A stretch of DNA of 63,989 bases, filler included, from Stramenopiles sp. TOSAG23-6 (lineage: Eukaryota): assembly GCA_900128565.1 (NCBI GenBank). It is 5 parts of 5 records of this genome, joined end to end, with 100 filler letters (N's around TTAATTAATTAA, not from the genome) between each part and the next. Parts side by side here need not be neighbours in the genome. Positions count along the whole stretch, not along the records: positions 1 to 12,786 come from LT636188.1; 4 more parts are not named here. One strand, written 5' to 3'. Below the pieces are notes generated by a model, which searched no databases, was not told the origin of the DNA, and worked only from the letters and a program-made list of their open reading frames with translations. Numbering within the stretch: the stretch's first letter is position 1; every line of letters starts with the position of its first letter. This document shows, piece by piece, positions 1 through 12,109 of this stretch. The translations under genes and the position numbers were made by a program.

Positions 1-56
1 TTTTGTACCTAACAATTTTTTTTAGATTTTTTTTGAAATATTTTTCCAAAATACAG

Positions 57-1460
57 AGTATAATGCAAAATCAAAATATGCCATTACTGCCAGTAGAGGC
101 AGAATTCGTTATTCGTGCTCTTTTAGAGCAGTCTCGTAGTAATGCCAATATTGTACGTTTTCATCATGAATTTCAATTTTGTTTTCGTAGGAAATGTTGT
201 ACCTAAAAAATTTCGAATTTTTTTTTTATTATTTTTGTTTTTTTTTGAGTGTTTTGTGATATATTTTTATACTGATTTTCAATTTTTTTTTTTTTTTTTT
301 TAAACCTTTACTTGAATTTGTTTTGACCAATTTCAAATTTAATATATTTTTTCAAGTATATTGTGAAGATGCATTCCGCGACGTAGTATCAGCGGCAGAT
401 ATTTTATCGTCAATGACGAATGTAATAATGTATGTTTTCAAGATGAATTTCAAATTTATTTTTTAGTACGAAATTTCGTACCTAACGATTTTTTTTTTAA
501 ATTTTCCAAATTTATATTGTACGAAATACACAATTTTTTATTTATTTTTTTTTAAGTACGAAATTTGGTACCTAACGATTTTTTTTTAAAATCATTTGCA
601 CAATACATGTCTCCTACATGTAATGAAAGTGAAAACGATGTTTTTCGACCCCGTGAGAAAAATATTCGAAATTCGTTACATACAAAATTTGGTACAAAAT
701 TTGGTACAAAATTTGATACAAAACAAAAAAAAACAATTTCAAATGGAGCATTTTTTTCGACTCCGACGTCCGATAAGAATTTTTTTAAGACGGAATCTAC
801 AGGTCAATATTTTGTTTCTCCCGATATAAATTTGCTCAGTAGTGATAATATTCAACTTATTTTGAAAAAAAGCCAAAATATACAAAAAAAAATGGACATG
901 CAGAATGAAGTGTATGAAGAATTTAGTGAAAGAAATAACTACAAAAGTTTGTTACGAAGTTGTATTTTGATTGCAAAATGTACTATTCGTTGTAAGAAGA
1001 ATTTTGCAGATGGTAAGAGACCAATAATTCGGAATAATTTAAACCAAATATTTTACACAGAGAAAATATACGTTTTCATCATGAANTTNGAGTTTTTTTT
1101 TNCATACGAANTGTNGTACCTAATGTGTTTTTTTTTGTTTTTTTTTTGATTTTTTTTTGATATTTTTCATCATGAATTTCGATTTGGTTTTCATACGAAT
1201 TTTTGTACCTAGTGTTTTTTTTTGAAGTTTTATTCGAGACGTTTCGATCATTTATATTTTACGTAAATATCTATCTTTCGTACTAAATTTTGTACCTAAC
1301 GAAAAGTTTGACAAAAAAAAATATTGTTTCACCTTGCATTGTCAATAATACAATTTTACGTGTGTTTCACGAAATGATTGAAAAAAAAATAATTGATTTT
1401 GAATGTTCTCAATTACTACAGAGTTTCTGTCAGGTTCAAAAGAATAAAAAGAGATCCTGA
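57..1460 (+). CDS. 3' part of an unknown protein; inferred exons 57-152, 362-429, 609-1067, 1340-1460
   Basis: Removing family introns (<1-56 ending AG, 153-361 GT-AT, 430-608 GT-AT, 1068-1339 AT-AT) gives one open frame ...SNANI|CEDAFRD...NVI|MSPTCNE...TEK|IVNNTILRVFHEM...KRS*. No recognisable domain. Confidence 0.55.
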
Positions 1461-1592
1461 AACATCTAAAAACACGTTTAGTACGATGTTTATTTTGCTT
1501 AAAAATTAATAAATTTATGTTTTCATAAGGAATTTAATTTTCTTCTTACTACAAAATTTTAAATTTCATACGTTACAAAAAGTATTTTCACT

Positions 1593-2984
1593 TTACCATG
1601 CTTCTTTTGGTTTCCTTCTATGTTTCTTTCTTTCAACCTTTTCCCCTTCGCGCTGTCCTTTTTTTAATCCTTTCCGCCAAGTCATATATTTTAGAAAAAT
1701 ATTTCAAAAAAAAATCGTTAGGTAAAACATTTCGTACGAAAAAACAATTCGAAATTGAAAAAAAAATAAAACATAAATTTTCTTCAAATACGTTGGATCA
1801 TATGGATCTTTTTTAATATCTATTTTATCAAGTGGGTCTTCTTTATCAATTGCCTCAAATTGTTTTACCAAATCTCGCATACTTAATCTACCTTCCGCCT
1901 TTTTCAATAATGCTTCTTGCCGAATTTCTTCAGCACTCTTTCCGCTTCGTTTTCCTAATTTTTTGTCTTCAGCAGCTTGCAATCTTGCATCTTTTGCCAT
2001 TTGGCGTATATTTCTTGCTTTCAGTTTTCGTCTTTGCATTCGCATGGCCATATTTCCTTCAGGCATTCTCTCCCCAGATTTGTTTTTTGCGTTTTCCATT
2101 TCTGATTCAATTTCTAATTGCCTTTTTTCGTCACGTCGCTTTTCTTCCTCAGCTGGTGTTAGTTTTAATCTCTTCATTCGTCTACCATTTCTATTTTTAC
2201 GGGCTTTTGAAGAATTAGCCTTCATTATTTCGTTATGAACACCATATTTCTTTTCATCTTCATCTTGTTCACCTTCGAGGAGACCAATAAAATGATTTCC
2301 TTTAACGCTCGCAATCAAATAGTTTATGTCTACATTTTTGTCTTTGAAAGCCTCCTTTCTTTTCTTTGCCATATTTAACCAAAATTTCCTTCCCAGAACT
2401 TTTTTACGTATTACTGTCTGTAATTGATTTGCGGGGAAGAGTAATGCAGGATGTGTTCTAGCAAATCCCATGAAATCCTTTTTACTAACTTCTGTGAGCA
2501 TGACTGGGTCACAGAAGACTTTTATGTCTTTCATAATTTGTTTGGCACGTGAATTATTTTTCCATCCCGATCCATATACTTCCTTTACAATAAGTTCCAT
2601 TTCATTTTTATCTATTTCCCCACTGTTATCGAGATCATATAAGTCAAATGCAAACGACAACATTGACGGTGTGTCACAGGTACAATAATTCCAAAGTGCA
2701 ACTGCTAACTCTCGAAAATCAAGTTCTCCAGAAGAATCGGCATCAAACATTGAGAAACATCGCTTGGCAAATGCTGTACGTCGCATTTCAAGATATCCAA
2801 AAAACTCTTTGATGGAGATTTCTCCACTAGCATCGTCGTCCATTTCCAAAAATGCAGTGTGCATTTTTTCCAAGTCATCGTCATCAATTTTGAGTGCTTC
2901 GAAAGTATGTTTATATACGGATAGATTTGGATGTTTTGACCAGAAATCAACTCCCGATATTTTGCTACTTCCACAGATCCCCAT
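1593..2984 (-). CDS. Myristoylated EF-hand Ca2+-binding protein (calcineurin B-like N-terminus) with a charged tail; one intron 1684-1776
   Basis: MGICGSSK N-terminus; EF loops DDDASGEIS, DADSSGELD and DLDNSGEID. Removing the intron continues the frame ...LKKMTWRKGLKK...KEAW*. Confidence 0.8.
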
Positions 2985-3724
2985 CTGCTTTTATTTTATT
3001 TCCTCCCTTCACCAAAATAATACTTTCAACCCAAAGCCACACATTTACACAATCTTCTAGGTAACAAACAGAACAACAAAGTCTTCGACTAAGTACTGGT
3101 AACTACTCCTAGCTACTACAGTAGTACCGTGTTTTGCGTTACACCTGTATGTTCAAAATATACCCTGCAACGCCAGCGCAAATCTATCTCCCGTATAACG
3201 ATTGCTACAGTAGGACGGGTATCGCTTCAAGCTAGCACACGAAGTACTGTATTGTGCTATATTTACTATCACAGGTATACCCTACTGCGCTACTATAGCT
3301 AGTAGTAAATCTCAGGAAAGCTGGTTTAACAGTTACGCGCGTATATCGGTATATCGGTTGTAATTAGTGATACCGCTATATTGACTGCAGTACATGCAAA
3401 AAAACAAAAAACTAAACTTATTCGATAGAATCGTCACACTCAATACACACATAGAGTCATAGACTGCTAATAATCGGTCAAACCAATGAAATGAATGTAT
3501 GAACGGTTTTTGAGCCATACTAACTATTACGTACTAGAAGGTGTGCTAAACCTGTTGGAAAATGCTGGACTTGAAACGATTTGTTATATTTTCCCGAGCG
3601 AAGATATTTTTTTTAGTAGTATCCTAATATCACAAAACTGCCGCAATAACATTCATAACTTAAGCTGTATTCATATTTCTATCTAAACTCAGTTTATCAA
3701 TTTTATAAGTGAGTATTGTAGGTG

Positions 3725-4954
3725 ATGGCAAAAAAACGGGAAACGTTGGAGAAACCAAGCTTTCAGGAATTCCAAAAGTCAAATATAAAGGAAAAGACAA
3801 GTTGTTTCAATACACGTACAGCAATGGTTGCCCTAGAGGGAATGGAGATTATTCTTGGTATGCATACAGACAACGAGCTTGTGGTCTTGTGTGAAGAATT
3901 AGGCATCATAATGAAACCGTCAGTGAAGAAAAACAAACGAATTGAACACATATTGTCAATAGAACTCCAAGGTCTTGATGACTTTCGGAGGATTTTGGCA
4001 CATATTTGGGATGGTATAATTTTTGAATATTTGAAGAGTACGCTAAAACGTGGTAAAAGATTGAGGAATATTTTAGATCCTCATCGCTATTTATTAAGTA
4101 AATGGATGAGCGACTCAAGACACACCATTAGAAGCTTTGGTCGGTCAAATATTCCTATTACCACTAACCGTTCAGATATTCAAAAATGGAAGAAAATGGA
4201 TAAAATAATTTACGATTTTTTAACAAAGCTTCGGTGCAAAGAGAAATCAATGCGAACACTAGAAAAAAAAATGAACGAACAACGGAATGATTATCGAAAG
4301 TCACTTTTATTTTTTAAGGAGGTTGGCGAAATTCGTGTTTTAGAACACAATTTTCGCAACTACTTAATGACAGCACTTCTCCGAGGTCGCGAGACATGTT
4401 TAGAATTATCAGATAATCTAAAATCAACGCAAGACAAATATCACAGGGAACTTGGATCCCATTTGAATTGTACAAGTTCGCTTTTCCGAGGAGAAGAATT
4501 AAATCGAGTCTCACAGCAAATATTTTTTGAAATAAGTTTTGCAGCCGAAACTTGTGAATATTCTCAAAACCAACAACAACAACAACTAGCAATGGATGCA
4601 TTCATAGGGCAAATATCCATTGGTAGGAAAGCGGAAGACGTAGAATCTCAACTAAAAACAAATGAGCAATTTACCATGTTCGCAGAAGACGTTGGCCAAA
4701 AATTAAAGCGTATACGGAACTTTCGAATACAAAAATGGAGTGAAGTTGACAAATTTATTGGTGCAGAATCTTTCATGTCTCAATTAGAACTATCTGTTTT
4801 AATTCAATCACGTAAAGAGAAAATGTCTTCATTTAAGCATCGTAAAAACCTGATGAGGGAAAAGCTCGAACGTGCACGAATGGAACTTGAAGAATATCAT
4901 CAGCTATACGGGAAGAAAAGGCATGCTACCCGAAAAGTAAAATCTCGGCGTTAA
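3725..4954 (+). CDS. Unknown helical/coiled-coil protein
   Basis: Intact 410-aa ORF in AT-rich DNA; no motif recognised. Confidence 0.6.
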   Translation: MAKKRETLEKPSFQEFQKSNIKEKTSCFNTRTAMVALEGMEIILGMHTDNELVVLCEELGIIMKPSVKKNKRIEHILSIELQGLDDFRRILAHIWDGIIFEYLKSTLKRGKRLRNILDPHRYLLSKWMSDSRHTIRSFGRSNIPITTNRSDIQKWKKMDKIIYDFLTKLRCKEKSMRTLEKKMNEQRNDYRKSLLFFKEVGEIRVLEHNFRNYLMTALLRGRETCLELSDNLKSTQDKYHRELGSHLNCTSSLFRGEELNRVSQQIFFEISFAAETCEYSQNQQQQQLAMDAFIGQISIGRKAEDVESQLKTNEQFTMFAEDVGQKLKRIRNFRIQKWSEVDKFIGAESFMSQLELSVLIQSRKEKMSSFKHRKNLMREKLERARMELEEYHQLYGKKRHATRKVKSRR

Positions 4955-5328
4955 AAAGTCTTGACAAAACTTAATACCGATGACGCTTTGGAGAGGAAGG
5001 ACCAAACGAAACTACCCCAGTAAAAATACTAAAAACCAGAAAAAAAAATCAATGGTATAAATTAAACATGCAATGTATTCAATTTATGCTGAATCCAATT
5101 GCCAGTTGCGTGCCTCAATCAAGTCGAATTAATGTAAAGTCGTAATAAAAAAGATTTGTTTTCTTCCTTCTAAGTAAAATAAAAACAGAAACGATGAAAA
5201 TTTGTTTTATTATACACATATTATACAGAAAAAGAAAGTCAAGTGTTGTTAAACAGTTAATGCCTTAACAACATTTGATGCCTTGCTATGCCAAAATATT
5301 ACTTCAGAAAAACTACACACAATGGTTA

Positions 5329-7287
5329 TTAGAAGTATACTGTCTGAGTGGAGCAACTTTCACCCGTATGACCATCAAAGCAACTGCATACACCAGTCGA
5401 CCCATCACAGAGACCACGGTTGGAGCACTCAGCATTTTCCTCGTATACCTCATTTGCCCCGAGAGGGACTTCAGATACGAAACAATTGTTGACGAATGTG
5501 CTTTCTTTCGTTACTGCATTTGCTGCTCCCGCTTTCCAACTAAGTTGTTGTACTTGCTTTACTGCAGGATAATCACATTCTCCCTTCTCGGGTAGTAATG
5601 TAGCTGTGCTTGCGCCGTCTGCATGACAAATTATTCTGGAATAACCAAAACCACAATTAAAACTTGTGTCTACGCAAGCCGCGAATTTATCCGCTGAAAC
5701 ATAATCGGTGAGCGTTTTGCATTCAGATGCATCACTTGCGTGGTTAGTAAAGAGGTTCAGCTCTTCAAAGGTAATAATGCATTTCAATTGGTGGCAATCA
5801 TTTTTTTGATCAATGCCAGTAATTGTTACAGCAGCGGAGTCAATTGTTGCTTCACAAGTTCCACTCGCTGGAAGACTTGCTTGTGTTTTGCCATCAGGAT
5901 ATACTCCATTTGAAGTCGATGTGTAAATTGGAAACTCTGCATATGGGTCAACATTTAAAAATTTTGGTTGAGCACCAGCACAAGCATGTGCTGTATCATA
6001 GACACACTCAAGCATATTCTGCTTCCCTGATGTAGCGGCATCACCAAAGGTAATGTCGAACACATTACCCCATACATCACCGTCAACTGAACCTGCTGAT
6101 GGAACATAGTTTGTGACATTCACTGATGGAATAGCATAATTTGGTAAGTCTTGGAGAGCATCCCGAATACGATCGGCAGTGTACCTCATCATGTTACCAC
6201 GACCTGTTGAGGTCACACTTCCTCCGTCTGCATGGGAAAAACCCAAAAAATTCTGATCAGTAACAACGTTGGTTGGGGTCGAAGATTCATATGTTAGAGT
6301 CTTTGTGTTTTCCCATTGTTGGTCCGGACTTGTGTGGGCGTAAGTCATTCTACCAGCATTGGAAGTGTCAATAAGAATTGGTCGTGTGAAATATTCTCCA
6401 CCAAACATATCCGTGAATTTCAGTGAAACATAACCATAAAAGTTACCACGAGATAATGTAGGAGTAGACCAACTAGCACTGGCAGCAACGCAATCACGTT
6501 CATTAAGGGAAGTGTTGTCATCACACCCACCTAGCCCCAAACATTTTAAACCTGAAGTGGTACCGTCCATTCGTTTTGCAAGGAATTTGTTTGCTTCCCC
6601 AACTTTACGACTAACACCGTCGCCAAGTGCGCCATTATCAGTCAGCTCTAAGTCATTAGAGTCAGCATCACCCATACATCCAGAATCATCAGAACGTGCT
6701 GTTTCTACATAGAGTCGCTGAACCATATTGTGCGCAGCGCCAGAAATATTGTTCCCCGAGGAACAATCTGTAACTGGGTCATCCCCTTTAGGGCAGACCC
6801 GAGACGAGCAGTCACTACCTTCCCAACCACGAAAACAATCACATACACGAGTATTATTAGCATCCCAAGTTTGACTGACAAAACTAGCTTGACCACTACT
6901 CGTGTAACTAGAATTGACTTTGCTGTTAGGAACACAGCGTCCATGTCCACTACAAAGATTTGGGCATTGTTGGCGACGACATCCTACTCCTTCATATCCT
7001 GGGAAGCATGAACACTCTCCAGTACTAGTGTCACATTGACCCTTTGAAGAACATTCGGCATATGGACGCACCCCCCCCATACCAGCAAAAGGTGTCGAAC
7101 CACTACCCTGAGTAGTCCAAGAAACTCCATAAGGACACTTTCGAAGTGAGCAATCAGGACCTGACCAACGTGGCTGGCACTTGCAAGCATCTGCAGAACC
7201 ACACGTACCATGGCCATTACACCTATTAGGGCATGCGGCCATTGCCGTACCAATAGTAATTGCTGAAAATATAGTAAAAAAGCGCAT
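5329..7287 (-). CDS. Tubular mastigoneme protein, Sig1/Ocm1 family (secreted, EGF-like Cys-rich repeats)
   Basis: Signal peptide, then CPNRCNGHGTC...CSLRKCP..SW, AECSSKGQCD..GEC.CFPGYEG.GCRR, WDA...CPKGDDP, and C-terminal ECSNRGLCD..TGVC.CF.GHTG.SC..Q. This is the stramenopile mastigoneme architecture. Confidence 0.85.
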   Translation of the reverse strand: MRFFTIFSAITIGTAMAACPNRCNGHGTCGSADACKCQPRWSGPDCSLRKCPYGVSWTTQGSGSTPFAGMGGVRPYAECSSKGQCDTSTGECSCFPGYEGVGCRRQQCPNLCSGHGRCVPNSKVNSSYTSSGQASFVSQTWDANNTRVCDCFRGWEGSDCSSRVCPKGDDPVTDCSSGNNISGAAHNMVQRLYVETARSDDSGCMGDADSNDLELTDNGALGDGVSRKVGEANKFLAKRMDGTTSGLKCLGLGGCDDNTSLNERDCVAASASWSTPTLSRGNFYGYVSLKFTDMFGGEYFTRPILIDTSNAGRMTYAHTSPDQQWENTKTLTYESSTPTNVVTDQNFLGFSHADGGSVTSTGRGNMMRYTADRIRDALQDLPNYAIPSVNVTNYVPSAGSVDGDVWGNVFDITFGDAATSGKQNMLECVYDTAHACAGAQPKFLNVDPYAEFPIYTSTSNGVYPDGKTQASLPASGTCEATIDSAAVTITGIDQKNDCHQLKCIITFEELNLFTNHASDASECKTLTDYVSADKFAACVDTSFNCGFGYSRIICHADGASTATLLPEKGECDYPAVKQVQQLSWKAGAANAVTKESTFVNNCFVSEVPLGANEVYEENAECSNRGLCDGSTGVCSCFDGHTGESCSTQTVYF

Positions 7288-7418
7288 TCTTAAATTTCTC
7301 AGAAACGTAATGGAAGTTTACTTTTTGTTACAAATGATTTGTATTATGTAATTTTGCTTCAAAGAGACGTTGGAACGTTGTTGCAACGGCAATTTATTTT
7401 GATGTCCTACCTTTTTTT

Positions 7419-7543
7419 ACTCGGTCTTTTGAGTCACCCACTTTGGTACTATTTTTTGTAGTAAAAAAAAACCTTTTTTTTTGAGATACAATGACATAAT
7501 TACGTAAACGTTAGCGAACAAAAAGAAACCCAAAAGACCGAGT
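7419..7543. promoter_or_regulatory. Inverted 13-bp repeat (ACTCGGTCTTTTG / CAAAAGACCGAGT) in the bidirectional promoter of the two mastigoneme genes
   Basis: 7419-7431 is the exact reverse complement of 7531-7543 (15/16 when extended). Confidence 0.5.
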
Positions 7544-7657
7544 TAAATTTTTCTCCAACGGAAATGAAAAACAAAGTTACCGTTTACATTGGGACAATTC
7601 AATATCTATTCATCTTCAACTTTTAAAGATCTTCATTGCAACGAAACTCGTAATAAA

Positions 7658-10051
7658 ATGATGAAGTTAATTACTCTACTCATTGCAATTAATCTTTCAG
7701 CTGTATCAGCAGTATGTCCAAATCAATGCAGTAACAATGGTTCATGTGGAGAATCCAGCAAGTGCACGTGTTATCCAGGCTACACTGGTGCTGATTGCTC
7801 ATTACGTGAGTGTTCGTTTGGACTTTCTTGGACTGCTGAAGGTACTGGTGTTGTCCCAGCTGGCAATGGTTTAGGTGGACTTCATCCATACACCGAATGC
7901 TCGTCCAAAGGAATATGTAACCGAGACTCTGGAGAGTGTGAGTGCTTTGAAGGTTACACAGGTCAAGGTTGCCGCCGTCAACAATGCCCTGATGACTGCA
8001 GTGGACATGGCCGTTGCGTGAAACTCGTCAAAGATGAATCAACGTATTCGGCGGATGGAACAGCTCAATTTAGCACACAATTTTGGGATTCACAAAAGAC
8101 TCGTGTTTGCGAATGTAATCGTGGCTACGAAGGATACAACTGTAACCTTCGAATTTGTCCAAAAGGGGACGACCCTATCACAGATTGTGACTCCAACACA
8201 AGTGGTGATCATACCAACGCGGCTGCTCACAACATGGTCCAACGTCTTTGGGTCGCTACAACCGATGAAGTTGGGACTTGCAGTGATCCGCAACACACGA
8301 CCAAAGCGACATGTGTGGCACCAACTGCTGTAGGTTGCGTGCAAAACATATGTTATAATCAAAAATGCGACTCGGGAACGTGCTCCCTAGGTTCCTGCGA
8401 GAAAGGCGTATGTCAGACTGCCGCTATGAATAGTGGCAAGAGCCATGCTAATTGCGGTGATGCTGAGGGTACTGAACAATGGGCTTCAGCGCATAATTCT
8501 AAAAGTGCATGTAATGCAGATAACACATGCGGACGTTGTAGCGATCTCCAATATGATGATGCAACTGCTTGTGGAGATGCAGGAGAAACTTGGTCGGCAG
8601 ATCAAGCATGCAATTGGTTCCAAAATTGTACTGTAGCTAATTTGACAACCCAAGCTGATTGTGAAGCAGCTGATCCAGCTGGAACTTGGTCTGTCCCAGC
8701 TACCTATACAGACTGTAGACAAGCTCAAAGGGAATGGATTCCAAATCACAGTGATCCTGAAGATTGCATCGATGCTAATGGTGGTTTTGCTTCTCCCGGA
8801 AGTACTGCTTGTGATATCGCTACCGATGATTTTTATACAATACCGGTAATGGTATGCTCTAATGGTACTTCTACAACTAGAGTAGCTTGTGAAGCACTTG
8901 GTGAAACTTGGGCGGTAAAAACCACTGGTTGTACCACTGATGCTACAGTAAACACTTGGGTTGAACCACGAGGAGCTTATGTACATGGCACCCCAAACAC
9001 CGACGACTGTACTATTGTTGGAGATATGTACAGTGAAATGGCAGGCTATAAGCGTCTTGATCAGAGAGCTTTAGGATATTGTTCAAATACAGCTTATACA
9101 ACTAAAGCTACTTGTGAAACAGCTTCTGGAACTTGGTATACGAATACATGTGCAATTGGTCTAAAACAAACTGGAAGTTGCCTTGACGGCACCTCCCTTA
9201 CCGAAAAAGATTGTGTGACCAATTCATCAACTTGGACAAGAAGTGCTGACACAATCGACGAGTTCCAAACTACTTCTTCCGATGATCTTCTAGGTTACAT
9301 TGCATTGAAATACACAGACATGTTTGGTGGAGAATACTTCACACGACCAATTCTTATAGACGTTTCTAATTCAGCTACTCATTCTACATATACTCAGCTA
9401 GAAGCGAATCAAGATCAGGGTACACTATATGATGGTGCTTCTCGAACCTCGGATAAGCGAGGAAATATCGCGGACGGATCTTGTTCAATTTCTGGTAAGA
9501 ATCAAGACGAATGCTCAACTTCGGGTGGAACGTGGACGGAAGTAGTCAATGGTTTTTACCTGAAAGGTGAGTTGGCAAATGATAACCAAAAACAAGGTAC
9601 TCTACTTCAATATACAGCTGACCGTATTCGCGACGCTCTCCAGGATCTACCAAATTTCGCAATTCCTAAAGTGAACGTTACTAATTATATTGATAGCCAT
9701 TCGGGCATCCCATGGGGAAATGCATTCGATATAACGTTTACCGACAGTTCCACTTCTGGTAAGCAAAACTTGCTTGAATGTGTTTATCAAGGACATGAAT
9801 GTAATGGTTCTCAACCAAAAATGTCATCTTGGGCTGTAAGTGTTGAGAAAGGGAGTCATACAGAAGTGGACACTGTAGGTTCAACCCGTGTTACAAGATG
9901 TGCAGTTTGGGAAGTAGTGGAGACCGGCAAAACACTTGAAGAGAACGCTAGTTGTGGAAATCGTGGTCTGTGTGACACATCTACTGGTATTTGTCAATGT
10001 TTTGAAGGACACACTGGTGAAAATTGTGGTACTCAAACAATCTTTTTCTAG
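7658..10051 (+). CDS. Second Sig1/Ocm1-family mastigoneme protein, paralog with an expanded Cys/Trp-rich middle
   Basis: Signal peptide MMKLITLLIAINLSAVSA; same EGF blocks; shares AAHNMVQRL, TDMFGGEYFTRPILID and YTADRIRDALQDLPN with the divergent gene. Confidence 0.85.
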   Translation: MMKLITLLIAINLSAVSAVCPNQCSNNGSCGESSKCTCYPGYTGADCSLRECSFGLSWTAEGTGVVPAGNGLGGLHPYTECSSKGICNRDSGECECFEGYTGQGCRRQQCPDDCSGHGRCVKLVKDESTYSADGTAQFSTQFWDSQKTRVCECNRGYEGYNCNLRICPKGDDPITDCDSNTSGDHTNAAAHNMVQRLWVATTDEVGTCSDPQHTTKATCVAPTAVGCVQNICYNQKCDSGTCSLGSCEKGVCQTAAMNSGKSHANCGDAEGTEQWASAHNSKSACNADNTCGRCSDLQYDDATACGDAGETWSADQACNWFQNCTVANLTTQADCEAADPAGTWSVPATYTDCRQAQREWIPNHSDPEDCIDANGGFASPGSTACDIATDDFYTIPVMVCSNGTSTTRVACEALGETWAVKTTGCTTDATVNTWVEPRGAYVHGTPNTDDCTIVGDMYSEMAGYKRLDQRALGYCSNTAYTTKATCETASGTWYTNTCAIGLKQTGSCLDGTSLTEKDCVTNSSTWTRSADTIDEFQTTSSDDLLGYIALKYTDMFGGEYFTRPILIDVSNSATHSTYTQLEANQDQGTLYDGASRTSDKRGNIADGSCSISGKNQDECSTSGGTWTEVVNGFYLKGELANDNQKQGTLLQYTADRIRDALQDLPNFAIPKVNVTNYIDSHSGIPWGNAFDITFTDSSTSGKQNLLECVYQGHECNGSQPKMSSWAVSVEKGSHTEVDTVGSTRVTRCAVWEVVETGKTLEENASCGNRGLCDTSTGICQCFEGHTGENCGTQTIFF

Positions 10052-10425
10052 TTTCTTTTTTAAACCAGAGCAAAATTTCGTACTAAAAAATTAGTGCATC
10101 GTGTGTTTCGATTTGTACAATAAAAAAAATTCATTCATAATTAGTATACTAGCTAGTCTCCCTGCTAGAACTACTCCAATGTATTTTTAATCATTACAAT
10201 TTCATAGTCTTTACAGATATACTGGTGATGGGTGTTGTGTTGAATCTTTGTTTTTTCGCCTTTTCTGGAAGAAAAATATTGAAGTTTCGAAAAAAAAAAT
10301 GTACAAAATTTCGCACCAAAAAAAATACCTGATATACATGACTGAAAATGAGAATAACATGTTGATGATGATGCTAAATGTCATATGATGAAGGGTTGGC
10401 GCAAGTTTTATTTTTTCAAGACAGT

Positions 10426-10541
10426 TTGCCTCCTTATTTTGTACTATCAATATAAAAACTTTGTCTATAGATGCATCCTTATCTTTTGCCTCCTTATTTT
10501 GTACTATCAATATAAAAACTTTGTCTATGCATCCTTATCTT
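10426..10541. repeat. Local tandem duplication with a period of about 60 bp
   Basis: TTTGCCTCCTTATTTTGTACTATCAATATAAAAACTTTGTCTAT occurs twice. Confidence 0.8.
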
Positions 10542-11696
10542 TTGAATACTCGTTAAAGTTAGGGTTTTGTTTAATGTTCTCGACATTTTCCCACTCTTCT
10601 TGAGACAAATTCCTTTCTTCTACATTGTTTGCAGTCCTAAATGAGATAGGATCTGATGTGTGTTGACTTTCTTTTTTGCTTGCAGTCCTAAATGAGATAG
10701 CATCTGACGTGTGTTGACTTGCTTTAATATAAAAATTCTTAACCACAGCCCAGCTTCCGATAAGGAGGGGCGATATAAAGATGACTGATAGTACGATGCG
10801 TACCAGCCAAGGAGCTTTCTTCTGAGATTCAGAATCGTCCATTATCATTTTATATACATTGAGGACTAAAGGTGTGAAAAGGGTTACAGTAACTGCGCAT
10901 GTACTGTGAATAATATTTCAAAAAAAAATCTTAGGTACAAAATTTCGTATGAAAAAAATATAAATTTGAAATTCATGATGAAAAACATACATCTCATCCA
11001 GGTTGACATTCGTGAAAAATAGGGTTGAAACTTCGGGAAGCAAAATGGTAAATTGATGGCTAAGGGTAGTGTCACGGTTCCAAAAATATGATAATATAGG
11101 AGACTATTTTCTCCAGTGGTTGCATTCCAACCGAAATAAAATGAGCACAAAATATATAAAAAGTGAACGACGAACGAGACGTTGACGGAAATCCCGATTG
11201 CAACAGCAGCAACAAATCTATGTTGATCAATTGGTGTATATCCTGGTTGAATTATAGCAAGTTGATGGGGAGTTAGACCGTATCGATGTGCCCAAGTCTG
11301 AATTCTTGCCTTAATCTTTGGGTCTCTGAAAATGACGTCACTTAGGTAAGCTGTGTTATACTTTTCTTGGATAAGTTGAGCAAGCAATCGTCCATCCGTA
11401 TCCGTGTTAAGCATAATATGGGCTACTGCACATGGAACATCAAAGCGATCTATAAATACCGGATTTCTTTTCCCTGTTACGACGTCGTTAACTGGGAAAA
11501 TGCCTTTATTGATGTACTTTTTTAAAAAAAAGATTACTCGACTATCGGCAGTCGTGAGCAGTTGTAGCACGTACGTGAGATGAGTTTTAATTCTCGAAGT
11601 TTCTGAATCCCAAGCTGTTGGCTCTCGATGGCGTAAAGTGACAAATGAAGAATTTCCTATTATCGCATTGATGGGATCTATGCATTTGGGTTGCAT
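10525..11696 (-). CDS. Membrane protein with a bacterial-like uncharacterised N-terminal domain; intron 10899-10990 (GT-AT)
   Basis: Intron removal joins ORF 10884-11696 to ORF 10525-10848 in frame (WMR|CAVTVTLF...YKMIMDDSE). Several hydrophobic segments. Confidence 0.65.
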
Positions 11697-12109
11697 TATT
11701 TGTTGTTGTTGTTTTAATTAAATCAATCGTGCAAGAAATCGAAATCTCAGCAGGAAGGAGCCTTTTTAGACCGTTTTATTAATTAGGAGTAGTTAATTAC
11801 TAGGACCTAAATGACCGTTTTTTTTCGTTGAAAACCTATACCTATCCTAACACCGTAATACTAGCTAGAAAGGAACTTTTACAGTGTATCCTTATTGTTC
11901 AAACTTTAAAGGACAAGCACAAAGTAGACTCAAGTAACTATATATATTATACAGGCCAATATATTTATACATATATGAATACTGTTGCACATTGTGATAG
12001 TTACAGAGCTGTGACACAAAAGTATATTGGAGCATTTACTGTGTAAAATACTTGTTGTATGACGTTGTGTATAGTTTTGTAGCAAGTGAAGTTAAACGTT
12101 CTCTCATAA

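Noticed and set aside
460-600. Recurrent GTACGAAATTTYGTACCTAAC as a CRISPR repeat
   Set aside because: The copies are dispersed in introns, without regular spacers or cas genes, in a eukaryotic context.
676-722. Exonic 12-bp tandem repeat ACAAAATTTGGT resembling the reverse intron core
   Set aside because: It is in frame (TKFG repeats) with no donor, branch point or 3' box; the similarity could be chance in AT-rich DNA.
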